64,000 nucleotides of DNA from Octopus vulgaris (Eukaryota). The first letter of the stretch is position 1. Each line of letters starts with the position of its first letter. The stretch lies in NCBI GenBank assembly GCA_951406725.2, contig OX597833.1, positions 53,258,001-53,322,000 of the forward strand, in the 5' to 3' direction. A program made the translations under genes and the position numbers. The notes below the pieces were generated by a model. It was not told the DNA's origin and did not search any database. It worked only from the letters and a program-made list of their open reading frames with translations. Below, one piece after another: positions 13,076 to 62,729 of this stretch.

Positions 13076-14174
13076 TCAAAGCCAAACAGCCAAAAAGACA
13101 ACTATTGCTTCAGCCTATAGAAGCTTCCTCATGTAGCAACTCCTACATGTAGCAGCTCTTCATGTAGCAGCTACTACAACCTCCTGTGAATATAAAACAG
13201 TTGTTTCAAATGATTGAACTCCAATAAACATAATTACATGAAATTTTCAAATTTCCTTTATTTCATTCTTTGAATATTTTTAAATCTTTTTTTTTTTTTT
13301 TTTCATTTATATAATTTGTGTTACCAGTTATCCCAATATTCCGTTTTCTGTTTTATATAACAATAATAATAATGGTAATAATAATTATAATAACAACAAC
13401 GATTATTTTCCCCCTTTTTTTTATTCTAGAGATGACATCTCTTTTTGTTTTTTTCTAGTAGCATGAGGATAAGGTTAATGAATTCTTTGCTTTTTAAATT
13501 TGGCATAAAGCCACAAATACCTAGGATGGGAACATGTTTATTTGATTGAATATACCCTAGAATTTTACAGGTAAATACATACATACATACATACATACAT
13601 AACTTCAAAAGGCTGAAAGGAAAATTTGAACCCAAAAAGCTAAAGCACTAAGTCAGTCACATGTCTAACATATGTGGAATAAAGATTTTTACAGAAGCCA
13701 TAAGTCGAGTTTCCTGGAAGAAGGACAAATATATAATTGATTTTGTGGACAGCACCCTCCCTCCCAATATATTATTGGTATGTATTTTATTGACTCAAAA
13801 TGGATGGATATAAGGCAACAACAACCTGGTAGGGCAGTTGGTTACTCATACTGTTCCAGATTGTCTGAGATGTAGCACAAATGAATCCAAAGACAATGTT
13901 CTCTCCAAGTCTTTTAGCAAAATAAATTAAATAAATAGAACTCTTCTGTGACAATATTAAACAGGTAATACTGATTTTTGATATGAACAGGAAATATAAA
14001 AACTTTCATGGGATAAGATTCTGTGGCATTCATGCCTTTCTTTGAATGTCACAGAATTTTTATTTTTCGATGGACATGAATAAAATGGTCTCAAATGAAT
14101 ATTTGACAAGGGACTTTATTTGCCGAGAATAATCAAACGGCCCCATGATTACTGGTTGCTATTTAATGATAATA

Positions 14175-14583
14175 ATAATCCTTCCTACTAATGGCGCAAA
14201 GCCTGAAATTTGGGTGAGGGAGGGGCTAGTCGATTACATTGACCTCAGTCTGAAACTGGTACTTATTTCATTGGCCCTGAAAGGATAAAAGGCAAAGTTG
14301 ACTTCGGCAGAACTTGAACTCAGAACCTAAGGATGGATGAAATGCCGCCAAGCATTTCGTCCAGAGTGCTAACAATTCTGCCAACTCACTGCCTTAATAA
14401 TAATAATAATGATGATAACCTTTTCTACTATAGGCACAAGGCCTGGATTTTGTAAGGAGGGGGACAGTCGATCACATCGAGCCAGTACACAACTGGTACT
14501 TAATTTATCAACCTTGAAAGGATGAAAGCCAAAGTTGACCTCGGTGGAATTTGAACTCAGAACAGATTCTGCCAGCTCATGCT

Positions 14584-14628
<45 letters not shown>

Positions 14629-15130
14629 TAATAATAACAACAATAATTCTTTCTAATGGAATCACAAGGCCTCAAATTTGGGGAAGGGATTAAGTTGATA
14701 ACATCAACTCCAGTGTGTAACTGGTACTTATTTAATCAACCCTAAAAGGATGAAAGGCAAAGTCAACCTCGGCGGCAACAGTTCTTTTGGCATGCTGCCT
14801 TAATAATAATAATAATATTTTCTACTAAAGGCACAAGGTCAACCCATGTACTGGACCAGTACTTATTTCACGAACCCTAAAAGGTCGAAAAACAAAGTCG
14901 ACCCTGACAGAATTTGAACTCAGAACATAAAGACAGACAAAACGCTGGTTAACATTTTGTCCAGTGCACTAACAACTCAGCCAGTTCACTGCCATCTTAG
15001 TAATAATGGTAATAATAATATCACTATTCTTTCTAATTTGGGAGACAAGGCTGGCAATTTTTTTTAGAGGAAGGAAGAAGTGGATTACATCAACCTCAAT
15101 ACTTAACTGGTCTTTATCTTATCAATGCTG
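14175..15130 (-). mobile_element. Cluster of about five decayed SINE B copies with (ATT)n tails
   Basis: Repeated AAAGGATGAAAGGCAAAGTCGACC-like cores separated by (TAA)n. Confidence 0.75.
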
Positions 15131-15258
15131 ACCCATACAAGCAAAGAAAATGAGACAGTAAAATGATGAGGATCGCCGTGATGACATGCCGACACAGATC
15201 TCAATTTTAGATCCTCCATTGGATTGATCTTATATTACTGGATTAAATGCCTAACAAG

Positions 15259-15296
<38 letters not shown>

Positions 15297-16412
15297 CTGT
15301 GTGCGTGTGTTTCTTTTGGGTTGGTTTTCCTTTTCAGCGAATCCCTCTGGAAGTCAAAAGCTTAAGTACCTGTAAAAGTACTGGGGTCTGTCTATTCCAT
15401 TGATGCATGCACTGCTACTGTACAAAAACCGATATTATAATTATCTGCACCAATTATTACTGCTTTACTATTGTTATTCGAACAAAACCCAATTTTTATT
15501 AAAAAAAAAAAAAAGCCCCAGGATGTCACACAGACACACAGACACATACAAAACACATTCACCTGCATACACACAACCATACGATAATACTTACATTCAT
15601 AATTTGCATATCACATACGTCGTATACATGATAACAAGAGTTAAATGATTCGATAAGTTTGTTTTGTTTTGGTTTCTTTTTTTTTTTTTGTTTTGCAATA
15701 AAATAAAATAGAAATAAAAATAACAACAACAGCAAGAGCACCTGCAAGAACAACAACAACAACAACAACAACAACACCGAAGTGATATCATTAAACTCAG
15801 TTTGAGCCTCTTCGTGGAATCAAAATATTAAACTAAAATCTTAAGAGTGAAATAAAGGAAAACTATAAGGCTGCTGCTGCTTGCGGGGTTATAGGACATA
15901 TATGTGAACAGAGAGACAGGTAGACAGACAGATAAGTGCCAGCAGTCACATGGACAGGTATGCTTTCATTAGTTGCTTTAGTAGGCCTGCATAGCCACGT
16001 GCGAACATAGAGACTCTCTCAACTGTCCTGCCCTTTAACACTTTGGCATATGCAGTATGTGAGAGAGAGAGGGGGGGAGAGGGAGCGAGAGAGATAGGAG
16101 AGAAAGAGAGACGGGTGACAGAGTTTTACACCAGCATTCAGGTGGCGCTCATCTGCAGCCTTCGGAGACTGGAGCAACGTGGAATGAAGTGTCATTGTTC
16201 AAAGGACCCAATGCACGACCTTTGTCCAAGAACTGAACCCATGAAATTGCGACTGCGAGCCTAACACCATAACCACTAGGAAATGAGCCTAGATGGACAG
16301 ACAGACAGACAGGCAGGCAGGCAGATCTAGTTGGCCAGCTAGATAGATATTCTTTTATTCTTTTATTTGTTTCAGTCATATTTGACTGCGGCCATGCTAG
16401 AGCACTGCCTTT

Positions 16413-16650
16413 GGGTTACACTCTGAGGAGACCTTGAAGCAAGCATTGCAAGACAAGTGTTAGACTAGCAACCTGAAGGAAAGAGGGAAGTTGGATGAGC
16501 TAAGAAGACCTGGAAAGGATGCATGGAGGATGAAGTGAAACCAATCATTCTGTCTTGGTCTGAAATCAAGGAGGTAGCCCATGATAAGTGTCCACTGGCA
16601 TGAAATGGTCACAGACCTTTGCTCCTTACAGAGCAACGTGGACTAACTGA
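16413..16650 (+). mobile_element. RTE-clade LINE 3' remnant
   Basis: GYTLRRP, then SIARQVLD*QPEGKREVG*AKKTW...SWSEIKEVAHDK, then WHEMVTDLCS; resembles an RTE ORF C-terminus. Confidence 0.7.
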
Positions 16651-16944
16651 TACCAGAACCATCTAATAAAACCTATAGAGGGATCCTATTAATGCCACAG
16701 CCTATCAAATAAGACATGATATTATTGATACCACAACCTTTTAATAAGACTTATTGACTGATATTATTGTTAATTGCTCCTATTCATTTTGAAATCTACA
16801 AATACAACCTATTGACAGATCCTATACATGTTGCCAACAGGAAAATATTTTGGATCAAATTTTTGAAAAAAAAAAATTTTTTTTTAAATCAAACTTATCG
16901 ACAATTATGATTTTATATGTCTATGAAAACAACTGATCAGGGCC

Positions 16945-17177
16945 TTAACCCTTTCATTACCAACCCAGCCAAAACCGGCTCTAGCTGTGTAGTACAAATA
17001 TCTTGTTTTCATAAGTTTTGCATTAAAATCTTCCACCAAACCTTAGTCGCAATTTATGTTCCTAACACTAGCTTAATTAATGATAACTAAGTTATTTTAC
17101 TAAATTCTTTGTTATATTTAAAGTAATTGAAAGAAACATAGGGCATCTCAAAATAAATACAGTAATGAAAGGGTTAA
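16945..17177 (+). mobile_element. piggyBac-type MITE (family 1)
   Basis: TTAA CCCTTTCATTAC...GTAATGAAAGGG TTAA; other copies at 51641-51869 (inverted), 56275-56505, 56529-56718, 56851-57079, and a partial near 22045-22108. Confidence 0.85.
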
Positions 17178-17533
17178 TTCATATACGGGCAAGCCTATAG
17201 ATGTCACAACCATTCAGAGATCCTATAGATGATGTCACAGCCTATTGAAACGGATACCTATTGACGCTACTATCTTATTGAATGGCTCACAGCCTGCTGC
17301 CAATTTATAGCACCAAAACTTGAAAATATTTATGTAACAGCCAACCAATCAGGAGTGACCAGTGACCGGTGGGGGGGGGATGAAGAGACACTGAAGAAAG
17401 AGTGGGGTGGAGACGGAGAGGAAGAAATAGGAGGGGCAGTGCCAGAGAATCCAGCTTGCTTCACTTACAGCAGTGGGAGCACATGCAAAAAAGTTTTATG
17501 GGAGAGAGGTGTGTAGTAATAATGGTGGTGATA

Positions 17534-17585
<52 letters not shown>

Positions 17586-19259
17586 CAGCAGCAGCAGTGG
17601 TACAGACAATGTAGGTAGGAATCACCAAGTTTTAACCCATCTGATACTGCCCACCTTTTATACCTATACCTACCAAAACACCAGTAGTACAGATGAGAGA
17701 GAGAGAGAGTGAGAGAAAGAAAGAGAACCAAAAAGAGAGAGAGAGAGAGAGAGAGAATATAAAAGGACACTTGATAGCCACTGGCTATTACAGAGAATAC
17801 TACCACAATAGTTACTGTTGTTTGTTACTGTTGCTGCTGTTGTTGTTGCTGTTGTTGTCATCGAAGTGTGACATGGTCACATTAAAATCGTGGAGAGTGA
17901 GTTAATAAAAAAAAAAAAAAATAGAAATAAAAATTCTGCTGGTAGAGTGTGAAAAAGAAAAATATACATATATATAAATTAAAGATTAACAGCAGTGTAA
18001 CCAATAATTCTGTAAGTATTTGACCGTGTTGACCTGTAAAATAGGGCCCTTTACAGGCATTGCTCCCAACATTTTAAAACGACCTCTACCAATTTTCTGC
18101 AGACTTCCAGCTGAAAAGATATAGGATTTAAAGAGAAATGGTTTATTAAACAAAAGCTAATAAAAGCAGGAAAAAAAAAATGTTTATAGAGGATGCAGAT
18201 GTGGGTATGTGGTTAGGGAGTTTGCTTCTCAACCATATGGACTTGGGTTCAATCCCATTGCATAGTTCTACAGTTCCTTGGGCAAAGGTCTTCTTCTATA
18301 GCCCTGCACCAGCAAAAGTAATGGACATGGATTTAGCAGATTGAAACTGAAAGAGCCCATATTTCATTCATTCATACATATATACATACATACATTATAT
18401 CTATATATATATATATATACATATATATAAGCCAAGGGTGTAACCAGCCCACTTATGCGTACCTTCCCTTCATTGGACACTGCTTGCGAAGACCTGTTGA
18501 GGCAAGTGAAATTGGAATCGAAAACAAATTCGATGACTGGCATCCATGCTAGTGGAGCACTAAGAGTTCAAATTCCGCCGAGGTCGACTTTGCCTTTCAT
18601 CCTTTCGGGGTCGATAAATTAAGTACCAGTTAAGCACTGGGGTCGATATAATCGACTTAATACCTATGTCTGTCCATGTTTGTCCCCTCTATGTTCAGCC
18701 CCTTGTGGGTAATAAAGAAAGTTAGTAGCCCTTCGGTCAGCGGCCAGAGAGAGGAGGAGGAGTGCATAGAAAGGCATAAATAGCGGTCATTTCATATTTT
18801 TCTTTATTGTAGTAAATATGACTTACAGCTGTTTCTAGTAGTCATTATAGGTTCATCATTGATGGGTATACTTAATCGGGTCATTGATCAGTTAAGAAAA
18901 ATTGAACACACCTATATATATATATATATATACATATAATGTATATATATAAAATGATGGCTTGTTGCCAACTTAATGCAGCAGTCCCAGGAAAGGGAAG
19001 AATGTTACTGTTATTTAGCCCAAGAAATACCGTCTCTAGTTGGTTACGCAACACAAGTGTTCTGTGTCCTTAAGTTATTGAGAGCCTTCCTCTGATATGT
19101 GGCATTTGGTGAATAAGGGAGTAAATATATATATATATATATATGCGTGTATATATATAAAAGTTAAGAAGCTGGCTCCATGTAAACTTCTTAATTATGC
19201 AACTATATGTGTGTGTGTGTGTCTGTGTGCCAACATATGAAAAATAGAAAACAGTAAAG

Positions 19260-19602
19260 TTGTCAGAGCGGCTAACTGGCTTCCGTGCCAGTGCCACATG
19301 AAAGGCACCATTCGAGTGTGATCGTTACCAGCGTCACTTTACTGGCACTTGAGCTGGTGGCACATGAAAAAACATTCGAGCGAGGTCGTTGTCAGTACCA
19401 CCTGACTGGCCCCATGCCAGTGGCACATAAAAGCACCCACTACACTATCGGAGTGGTTGGCATTGGGAAGGGTATCCAGCTGTAGAAATTCTGCCAAATC
19501 AAGATTGGAGCCCGGTGCAGCCATCTGGTTTGCCAGTCCTCAGTCAAATCGTCCAAACTATGCTAGCATGGAAATTGGACGTTAAACGATGATGATGATG
19601 AT
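19260..19602 (+). mobile_element. Retroposon family C ending in GGACGTTAAAC(GAT)n
   Basis: Related pieces at 12450-12605, 24120-24322, 26020-26250, 27557-27730, 39170-40065, 40352-40510, 41640-41840 and 44772-45000. Confidence 0.7.
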
Positions 19603-19652
19603 AGTAAAAAAAAGAATAAAAATAAAAGAATCTCAAAATCTATATTTACCTC

Positions 19653-55963
<36,311 letters not shown>

Positions 55964-56274
55964 CTGAAATACAAAACATACAGTGATACAAGATTCGCAG
56001 AACAGGTTCTGGATATAAACAAAATACATCAAAAAGACATGGGCCTCCTATATAACATACTTTCACAATTTAAATGTCATAGGTATATTCTAAGTAACTC
56101 CAACAGGGGAGAGTGGTGAAAGAGGAACAGCAGGGAAGGAAGAGAACAGGTGGAGAGGGTTTCATTGGTATATTTATTTATGATTTTTACCACCAAGCAA
56201 ATAGTTTACTCTTGGAAGCAGTATCCAAGTGTAGAAAATCTACCTCAATGACTCTCATCTGAATAGATTGCTGT

Positions 56275-57079
56275 TTAACCCTTTCGGTACCAACCCAGCT
56301 GAAACCGGCTCTGGCGCTGTAGTACAAATGTCTTGCTTTCAAAAGTTTTGAATTAAAAATCTTCCACCAAACCTTAGTCGCAATTTATGCTCCTAACACT
56401 AGCTTAATGATAACTAAGTTATTTTACTAAATTCTTTGTTATATTTAAAATCAATTGAAAGAAACACAGAGCATCTCAACAGAAATACAGTAACAAAAGG
56501 GTTAAAATATATAATAGAGTAACAATTCTTAACCCTTTCATTACCAACCCGGCTGAAATCGGCTCTCAAATGTCTTCCATTAAACCTTAGTCATAATTTA
56601 CGTTCCTAATACTAGCTTAATGATAACCAAGTTATTTTACTAAATTCTTTGTTATATTTAAAATTAATTGAAAGAAACACAGAGCATCTCAACAGAAATA
56701 TGATAACAAGAGGGTTAAAATATATAACGGAGAATATATATTTATCCCCTTAAGAATATTAGTTTTACTCTAGGCACAAGGGCTTGAAAAGTTTTGGAGG
56801 AAGGGAGCTAGTCGATTACATCAACCCCAGTGTGTAACTGGTACTTATTCTTAACGTTTTTGATACCAACCTGGCTGAAACCAGCTCTGGCTCGGAGTAC
56901 AAATGTCTTGTTTTCATAAGTTTTGAATTAAAATCTTCCACCAAACCTTAGTCACAATTTATGTTCCTAACACCAGCTTAATCATAACCAAGTTATTTTA
57001 CTAAATTCTTTGTTATATTTAAAATTAATGGAAAGAAACACAGAGCATCTAAACAGAAATATGGTAACAAAAGGGTTAA
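56275..57079 (+). mobile_element. Three clustered piggyBac-type MITE family 1 copies
   Basis: Copies at 56275-56505, 56529-56718 and 56851-57079, each bounded by TTAA. Confidence 0.85.
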
Positions 57080-57261
57080 ACCCGTCATGTAAGAGAACGT
57101 GTGCAAACACATCGCTGGAAATGGTGAGGATTAAATGCCTTCTTCTAATAACTGGCAAATGATGTCAATATAGCTGCAACTGTATTGTGGCGGTGTAGTA
57201 AGAAGTTTGCTTTTCAACCCCATAGTTCCAGGTTCAGTTCCACTGAACTTGGACAAGTGTC

Positions 57262-57682
57262 GGATCTTTTCAGTTTGAACGGCAGTTTTTTTTTAATAAT
57301 TTCCACGTAACTAAACACTTTTAAACTTCATATACTGGTAGAATGTGTTTATAAAATATCTTTTTCTCTTGGCTTTATTGAGAAAATTCTATAGTTTGTA
57401 AGATATTTGTTGTGTTTTTTTCTTCAATTTCTGCAAATTTCAACCAATCAATGACGTCCATTGAGGTAAAAAGCATTCTATGCCGTATGAATATATCCCT
57501 CGTTTGAGAAACAGATTGGGTTTATTTACATTTCTGAAGAAAAAAATATACCCTTCCCCTCACCCCTAACCCTAACCCTAAAACAGATTGATATGCAATA
57601 GATCGATACTAGGGCCATAATTATGGGTGACAATTTCATATGACACCGCTAGAAAAAACTGCCGTTCAAACCGAAAAGATCC
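57262..57682. mobile_element. MITE with ~30-bp TIRs and 8-bp TSD (Merlin-like or hAT), inserted in SINE A
   Basis: GGATCTTTTCAGTTTGAACGGCAGTTTTTT ... AAAAAACTGCCGTTCAAACCGAAAAGATCC; TSD CAAGTGTC at 57254-57261 and 57683-57690. Confidence 0.9.
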
Positions 57683-58132
57683 CAAGTGTCTTCTAAAATA
57701 GTCTTGGATCAAGAGTGGATTTGGTAGACAGAAACTGAGAGAAGCCCATTATACTACATGTGTGTGTGTGTGCGCGCGAGCGCGCGCGTGCGTGCGTGCA
57801 TGCATGCTTGTTTGTCTACCATCACAACTTGACTAATGTTGGTGTGTTTACATCCTTATAACTTAGCAGTTCAGCAAACGACACTGACAGAATAAGCGCC
57901 AGAGTTTTTTAAAAAATGAAAAAAGGACTGGGATCGGTTCGTTCAACTAAAACTCTTCAAGGCAGTGCCCCAGCATGGCCACAGTCTATATTGACTGAAA
58001 CAAGTAAGAAGCTTCCCAACCAACCACATGGTTCTAGGTTCAGTCCCACTGCATGGCACCTTGGTACTATAGCCTCGAGCTGGACCAAAGCTTTGTGAGT
58101 GGATTTGGTAGACAGAAACTGGAAGAAGCTTG

Positions 58133-58172
<40 letters not shown>

Positions 58173-58266
58173 ATGCGTGCATATCATTGTGTCTGTTGTA
58201 TTTCTTGACGATTTACCTCCCTTGAACTGTTCACTTTTTTTATACGTTATTACGTCATTTACCACT

Positions 58267-58705
58267 TAATAATAATAATAAACATTGTGTACAGTGCTCA
58301 GGTGCACTACAACTCATCTAAAGTGCATATATAATCAGGTGTAGTTTCGACGGATTTCGGAAAGCATGAGGGCCTTAAAGGATGCAGTGTCATGGCAGTC
58401 AACAACTGACGCAGGCAGTTTATTCCATGCTTCAGCAACTCTGAGCGTGAAAAAATGTTTCCGAAAGTCATGGGAGCTGTGTTGTTTTCTGACTTTGTAG
58501 GCATGTCCACGTGTGTTAGACACATGGAGATCAAAAAGGTGTTCAGTGTTGTTATTGGTGAGGTAGTTGACAACTTTGTGGGCGTTTACCAAGTCCGTCG
58601 CCAGACGCTGGAGCTTCAGTGAATCCATGCCCAGGGAAACAAGGCGCTCAGAATATGGTAGGTGTCTGATGGAGGGTATGCGTTGCATAAAAAAATTCGT
58701 CAGTC
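58267..58705 (-). mobile_element. CR1-clade LINE 3' end with (TTA)n tail
   Basis: RIPSIRHLPYSERLVSLGMDSLKLQRLATDL...TRGHAYKV...FRKHFFTLRVAEAWNKLPASVVDC, a short UTR and a (TTA)n tail. Confidence 0.9.
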
Positions 58706-59599
58706 GCTTAAGACAGCTGACATTTCTCATTTGCAATGGACTTCATATTCTAGCAGTAAAAACACGGCCAATGTTTACTTTTATTTCAAATCTAACAATA
58801 CACATTCAGAGGAAACAAAGTTTAAGGTCAAGTCGAAGTCATAACACGTTTAGAAATAGCCTTAAGTTGGTAATGTTTATTTTTATGCCGGATTTACTAG
58901 GCTCAGCGTAGTAGAAAGAGGCAACAGGTGACAACCACTACAGCCACCACCATTACGTAACTGCTAAACACTCAGTGTGGAGTTAATTGTAGTAAATAAA
59001 TAATAAATCAGCAGTGTGGATGAGAGGAAGGGGCGTCGAGGGTGATGGTCTACCCTGGGTAATGATCCAGTGAAGGTGACACATTTGGGTTTGCTGTGTA
59101 TAAATGCACATACACAAACAAGGAAAAATACACACACACACACACATACATACATACACATATATATATATACATCCACACACATACATACATATATACA
59201 CACATACACACATACATACACACGCACACACATATACTGGAAAAATAACAGTTTTCAACCATAGCTCCCAAGCCTACATACAGCACTCAAGTGTTCTTCC
59301 AGCAACCTCCAAAAGCCTTCCCTCAATAAATAAAACAAATTTTTCTTTAACTGACATATGCTTTTTTTTTTTTTTGGTGTGGTCTCCCTAAAAGAATTAA
59401 GGTTTGGGATCTAGCCCAGATAGGCTTGGAGGACCCAGTGGAGGGATGGCAAACTCAAGGGCTGTCCCCTCCCCCCACGAGGTGCACATTGCTGCTACCC
59501 TACTGTAATAAATACCATATATTGCAAATAAAATAACAAACAGAAATAAATATCAGTAATACACTGAGGACCAAGTCAATTGTCTTAGATTATTCCCTT

Positions 59600-59818
59600 A
59601 GAAATACTGGTTTCAAAATTTGGCACCAGGCCAGCAATTTCGGGGTAAGGGTAAGTCAATTACATCGACCCCCAGTGCCCAACTGGTACTTATTTTATTG
59701 GTCTCTTTTGCCAAACTGCTAAGTTACAGGGACGTAAACACACCAACATCAGTTGTCAAACAATGGATGGCAGGGGCAGGGGTGACAAATACAGACAAAC
59801 ACACACACAAATATATAC

Positions 59819-59852
<34 letters not shown>

Positions 59853-60842
59853 CTACAACAGGCTTCTTTCAGTTACTGTCTACCAAATCTATTCACAAGG
59901 TCCCTATTTCATTGACCCCTGAAAGGATGAAAGGCAAAGCTGAACTCGGCAGAATTTGAACTCAGAACACAAAGACAGACAAAATACCAGAAAAGCATTT
60001 TGCCTGGTATGCTACCGATTCTGCCAGCTCACCACCTTTATTCTCAAAGTAATAATGGTTTCAAATTCTAGCACAAGGCCAACAAGTTCAGAAGAAGGGG
60101 CAAGTTGATTACATCAACCCCAGTGCTCAACTGGTGCTTATTTCATCGACCCCGAAGGGATGAACGGACAAAGTCAACCTCAGCAGAATTTGAACTCAGA
60201 ACATAATGACAGACAAAATAATACCACAAAGCATTTAGCCTGGCATATTAACGAGTCTGCCAGCTCATTGCCTTTATCCCCTTAAGAATATTAGTTTTAC
60301 TCTAAGCACAAGGCCTTGAAAAGTTTTGGAGGAAGGGATTAAGTCGATTACATTGACCCCAGTGCGTAACTGGTACTTATTTAATCGACCCGAAAGGATG
60401 AAAGGCAAAGTCAACCTCGGCAGAATTTGAACTCAGAACGTAGCGGCAGACGAAATACCCATTTCTTTACTACCCACAAGGGGCTAAACACAGAGGGGAC
60501 AAACTAGGACAGACAAACGGATTAAGTCGTTTACATCGACCCCAGTGCGTAACTGATACTTAATTTATCGACCCCAGAGGATGAAAGGCAAAGTTGACCT
60601 AGGCGGAATTTGAACTCAGAACGTAGCGGCAGACAAAATACCTATTTCTTTACTACCCACAAGGGGCTAAACACAGAGGGGACAAACAAGGACAGATAAA
60701 CGGATTAAGTCGATTACATCGACCCCGAAAGGATGAAAGGCAAAGTCGACCTCGGCAGAATTTGAACTCAGGACGTAATGGCAGACGAAATACCGCTTAG
60801 CATTTCGCCCGGCGTGCTAACGTTTCTGCCAGCTCACCGCCC
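59600..60842 (-). mobile_element. SINE family B cluster and tandem array
   Basis: Head at 60842-60790, two long-tail units, then short-tail units; a SINE A fragment is nested near 59695-59900. Confidence 0.82.
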
Positions 60843-61556
60843 TAATCCCCTTAGAAACATTAACATTGTTTCTAGTCAAAAGAAATCTTTATTTTCATTG
60901 TAGCAATTGTGGCTATCTGTTGTTGTCATGGCATGATACAGCAATAAGAACTGAGTGATTATTCTTGTTTCTTCTTCTTTCTTCCTTTCTTTCCCTCTTC
61001 CTTCCGCTTTCATCTTTTATTATCATTTGTCTTGTCAATCTGCACATCCCTGTTTCTACGTCTCTAGAGCCCTTTTCTTTTCCATTTCCATTCATTGCAC
61101 CATAAGTCCCTCCACCCAGAGATCACACTCACTTCCCTATACACTCATACACAAAAAGCTTCCCACAGTTACAGTCGAAGCTAATCATCAGAAGACAATG
61201 TAATTTTATCATTGATAAACTCTTTACTCATGTGGGCATACATGCAGCTTGTAAAGTGCAGCAGCTGTGTATTAAATAGCACATACACACACACACACAT
61301 ACATAAACACACATGTATATACAGGCGCAGTAGTGGCATAGGCGCAGTAGTGGCATAGGCGCAGTAGTGGCATAGGCGCAGTAGTGGCATAGACGCAGTA
61401 GTGGCTGTGTGGTAAATAGCTTGCTAACCAACCACATGGTTCCGGGTTCAGTCCCACTGCGTGGCATCTTGGGCAAGTGTCTTCTGCTATAGCCCCGGGC
61501 CGACCAATGCCTTGTGAGTGGATTTGGTAGACGGAAACTGAAAGAAGCCTGTCGTA

Positions 61557-61597
<41 letters not shown>

Positions 61598-62729
61598 TTG
61601 TGTGTCTGTGTTTGTCCCCCTAGCATTGCTTGACAACCGATGCTGGTGTGTTTACGTCCCCGTCACTTAGCGGTTCGGCAAAGAGACCGATAGAATAAGT
61701 ACTGGGCTTACAAAGAATAAGTCCCGGGGTCGATTTGCTCGACTAAAGGCGGTGCTCCAGCATGGCCGCAGTCAAATGACTGAAACAAGTAAAAGAGTAA
61801 AAAAAAATTAAAAAAAAGAGTAGACACACACATGCATATACTCTTTTTACACTTATTTGTTTCAGTCATTTGACTGCGGCCGCGCTGGAGCACTGCCTTT
61901 TAACCGAACAAATTGACTCCGGGACTTATTCTTTGTAAGCCTAGTACTTATTCTATCGGTATCTTTTGCCAAACCGCTAAGTTACGGGGGTGTAAACACA
62001 CCAGTATCAGCTGTCAAGCGATGGCAAGGGGATAAACACAGCCCACAAACATACACACACACACACACACATATAAGCTTGATGAGGAAATTCACCAAAA
62101 ACAAGACAAAAGGGCAGGTGAACCCAGTATAGGGTCAACAACTATTGAGCAGTAGCATGGGGGTCCTCAGAAATTCTAGGTCTATGTCTAGCATTCTAAA
62201 AGACCACCGAGAGAGAGAGGATCCCTTCAGCTTTTGTTAAAGCATGTCTCTCGGAAGTCACTTTGATATAAAGCCAGTTATGTACATTTGAGAGCTTTTG
62301 CTTGTGATCATAGCGCTCCCACATTCCTGAGCCCCGTGACCCATATCAGCACCAGATTTCTTGCTCTGGCTTATCTCTGAATCATGTCAATAGGGTGGAG
62401 GGGGTCTATAAGGTGTCGCTCACACAGGAATTGCTTTGTCAGTGATAAGTCATACATGTCTACAAATTGACAGTCATCATGTAAGCATGTAATGGCGGCA
62501 AGCTGGCAGAAACGTTAGCACGCTGGGCGAAATGCTTAGTGGTATTTCGTCTGCCGTTACGTTGTGAGTTCAAATTCCACCGAGGTCGACTTTGCCTTTC
62601 ATCCTGTCGGGGTCGATAAATTAAGTACCAGTTACACACTGGGTTTGATGTTAATGACTTAATACCTATGTCTGTCTTTGTTCGTCCCCTCTGTGTTTAG
62701 CCCCTTGTGGGTAATAAAGAAATATGTAT

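Noticed and set aside
18033-18057. Hairpin CCTGTAAA...TTTACAGG in the predicted 3' UTR exon
   Set aside because: An 8-bp stem is expected by chance in 64 kb and there is no other support.
18815-18850. Hammerhead remnant ATGACT...GAAACAGCTGTA-AGTCAT (minus), and similar partials near 2630-2665, 2995-3012, 8053-8076, 22375-22402 and 44185-44230
   Set aside because: The CUGANGA box or stem II is missing or broken; likely decayed Penelope-like relics.
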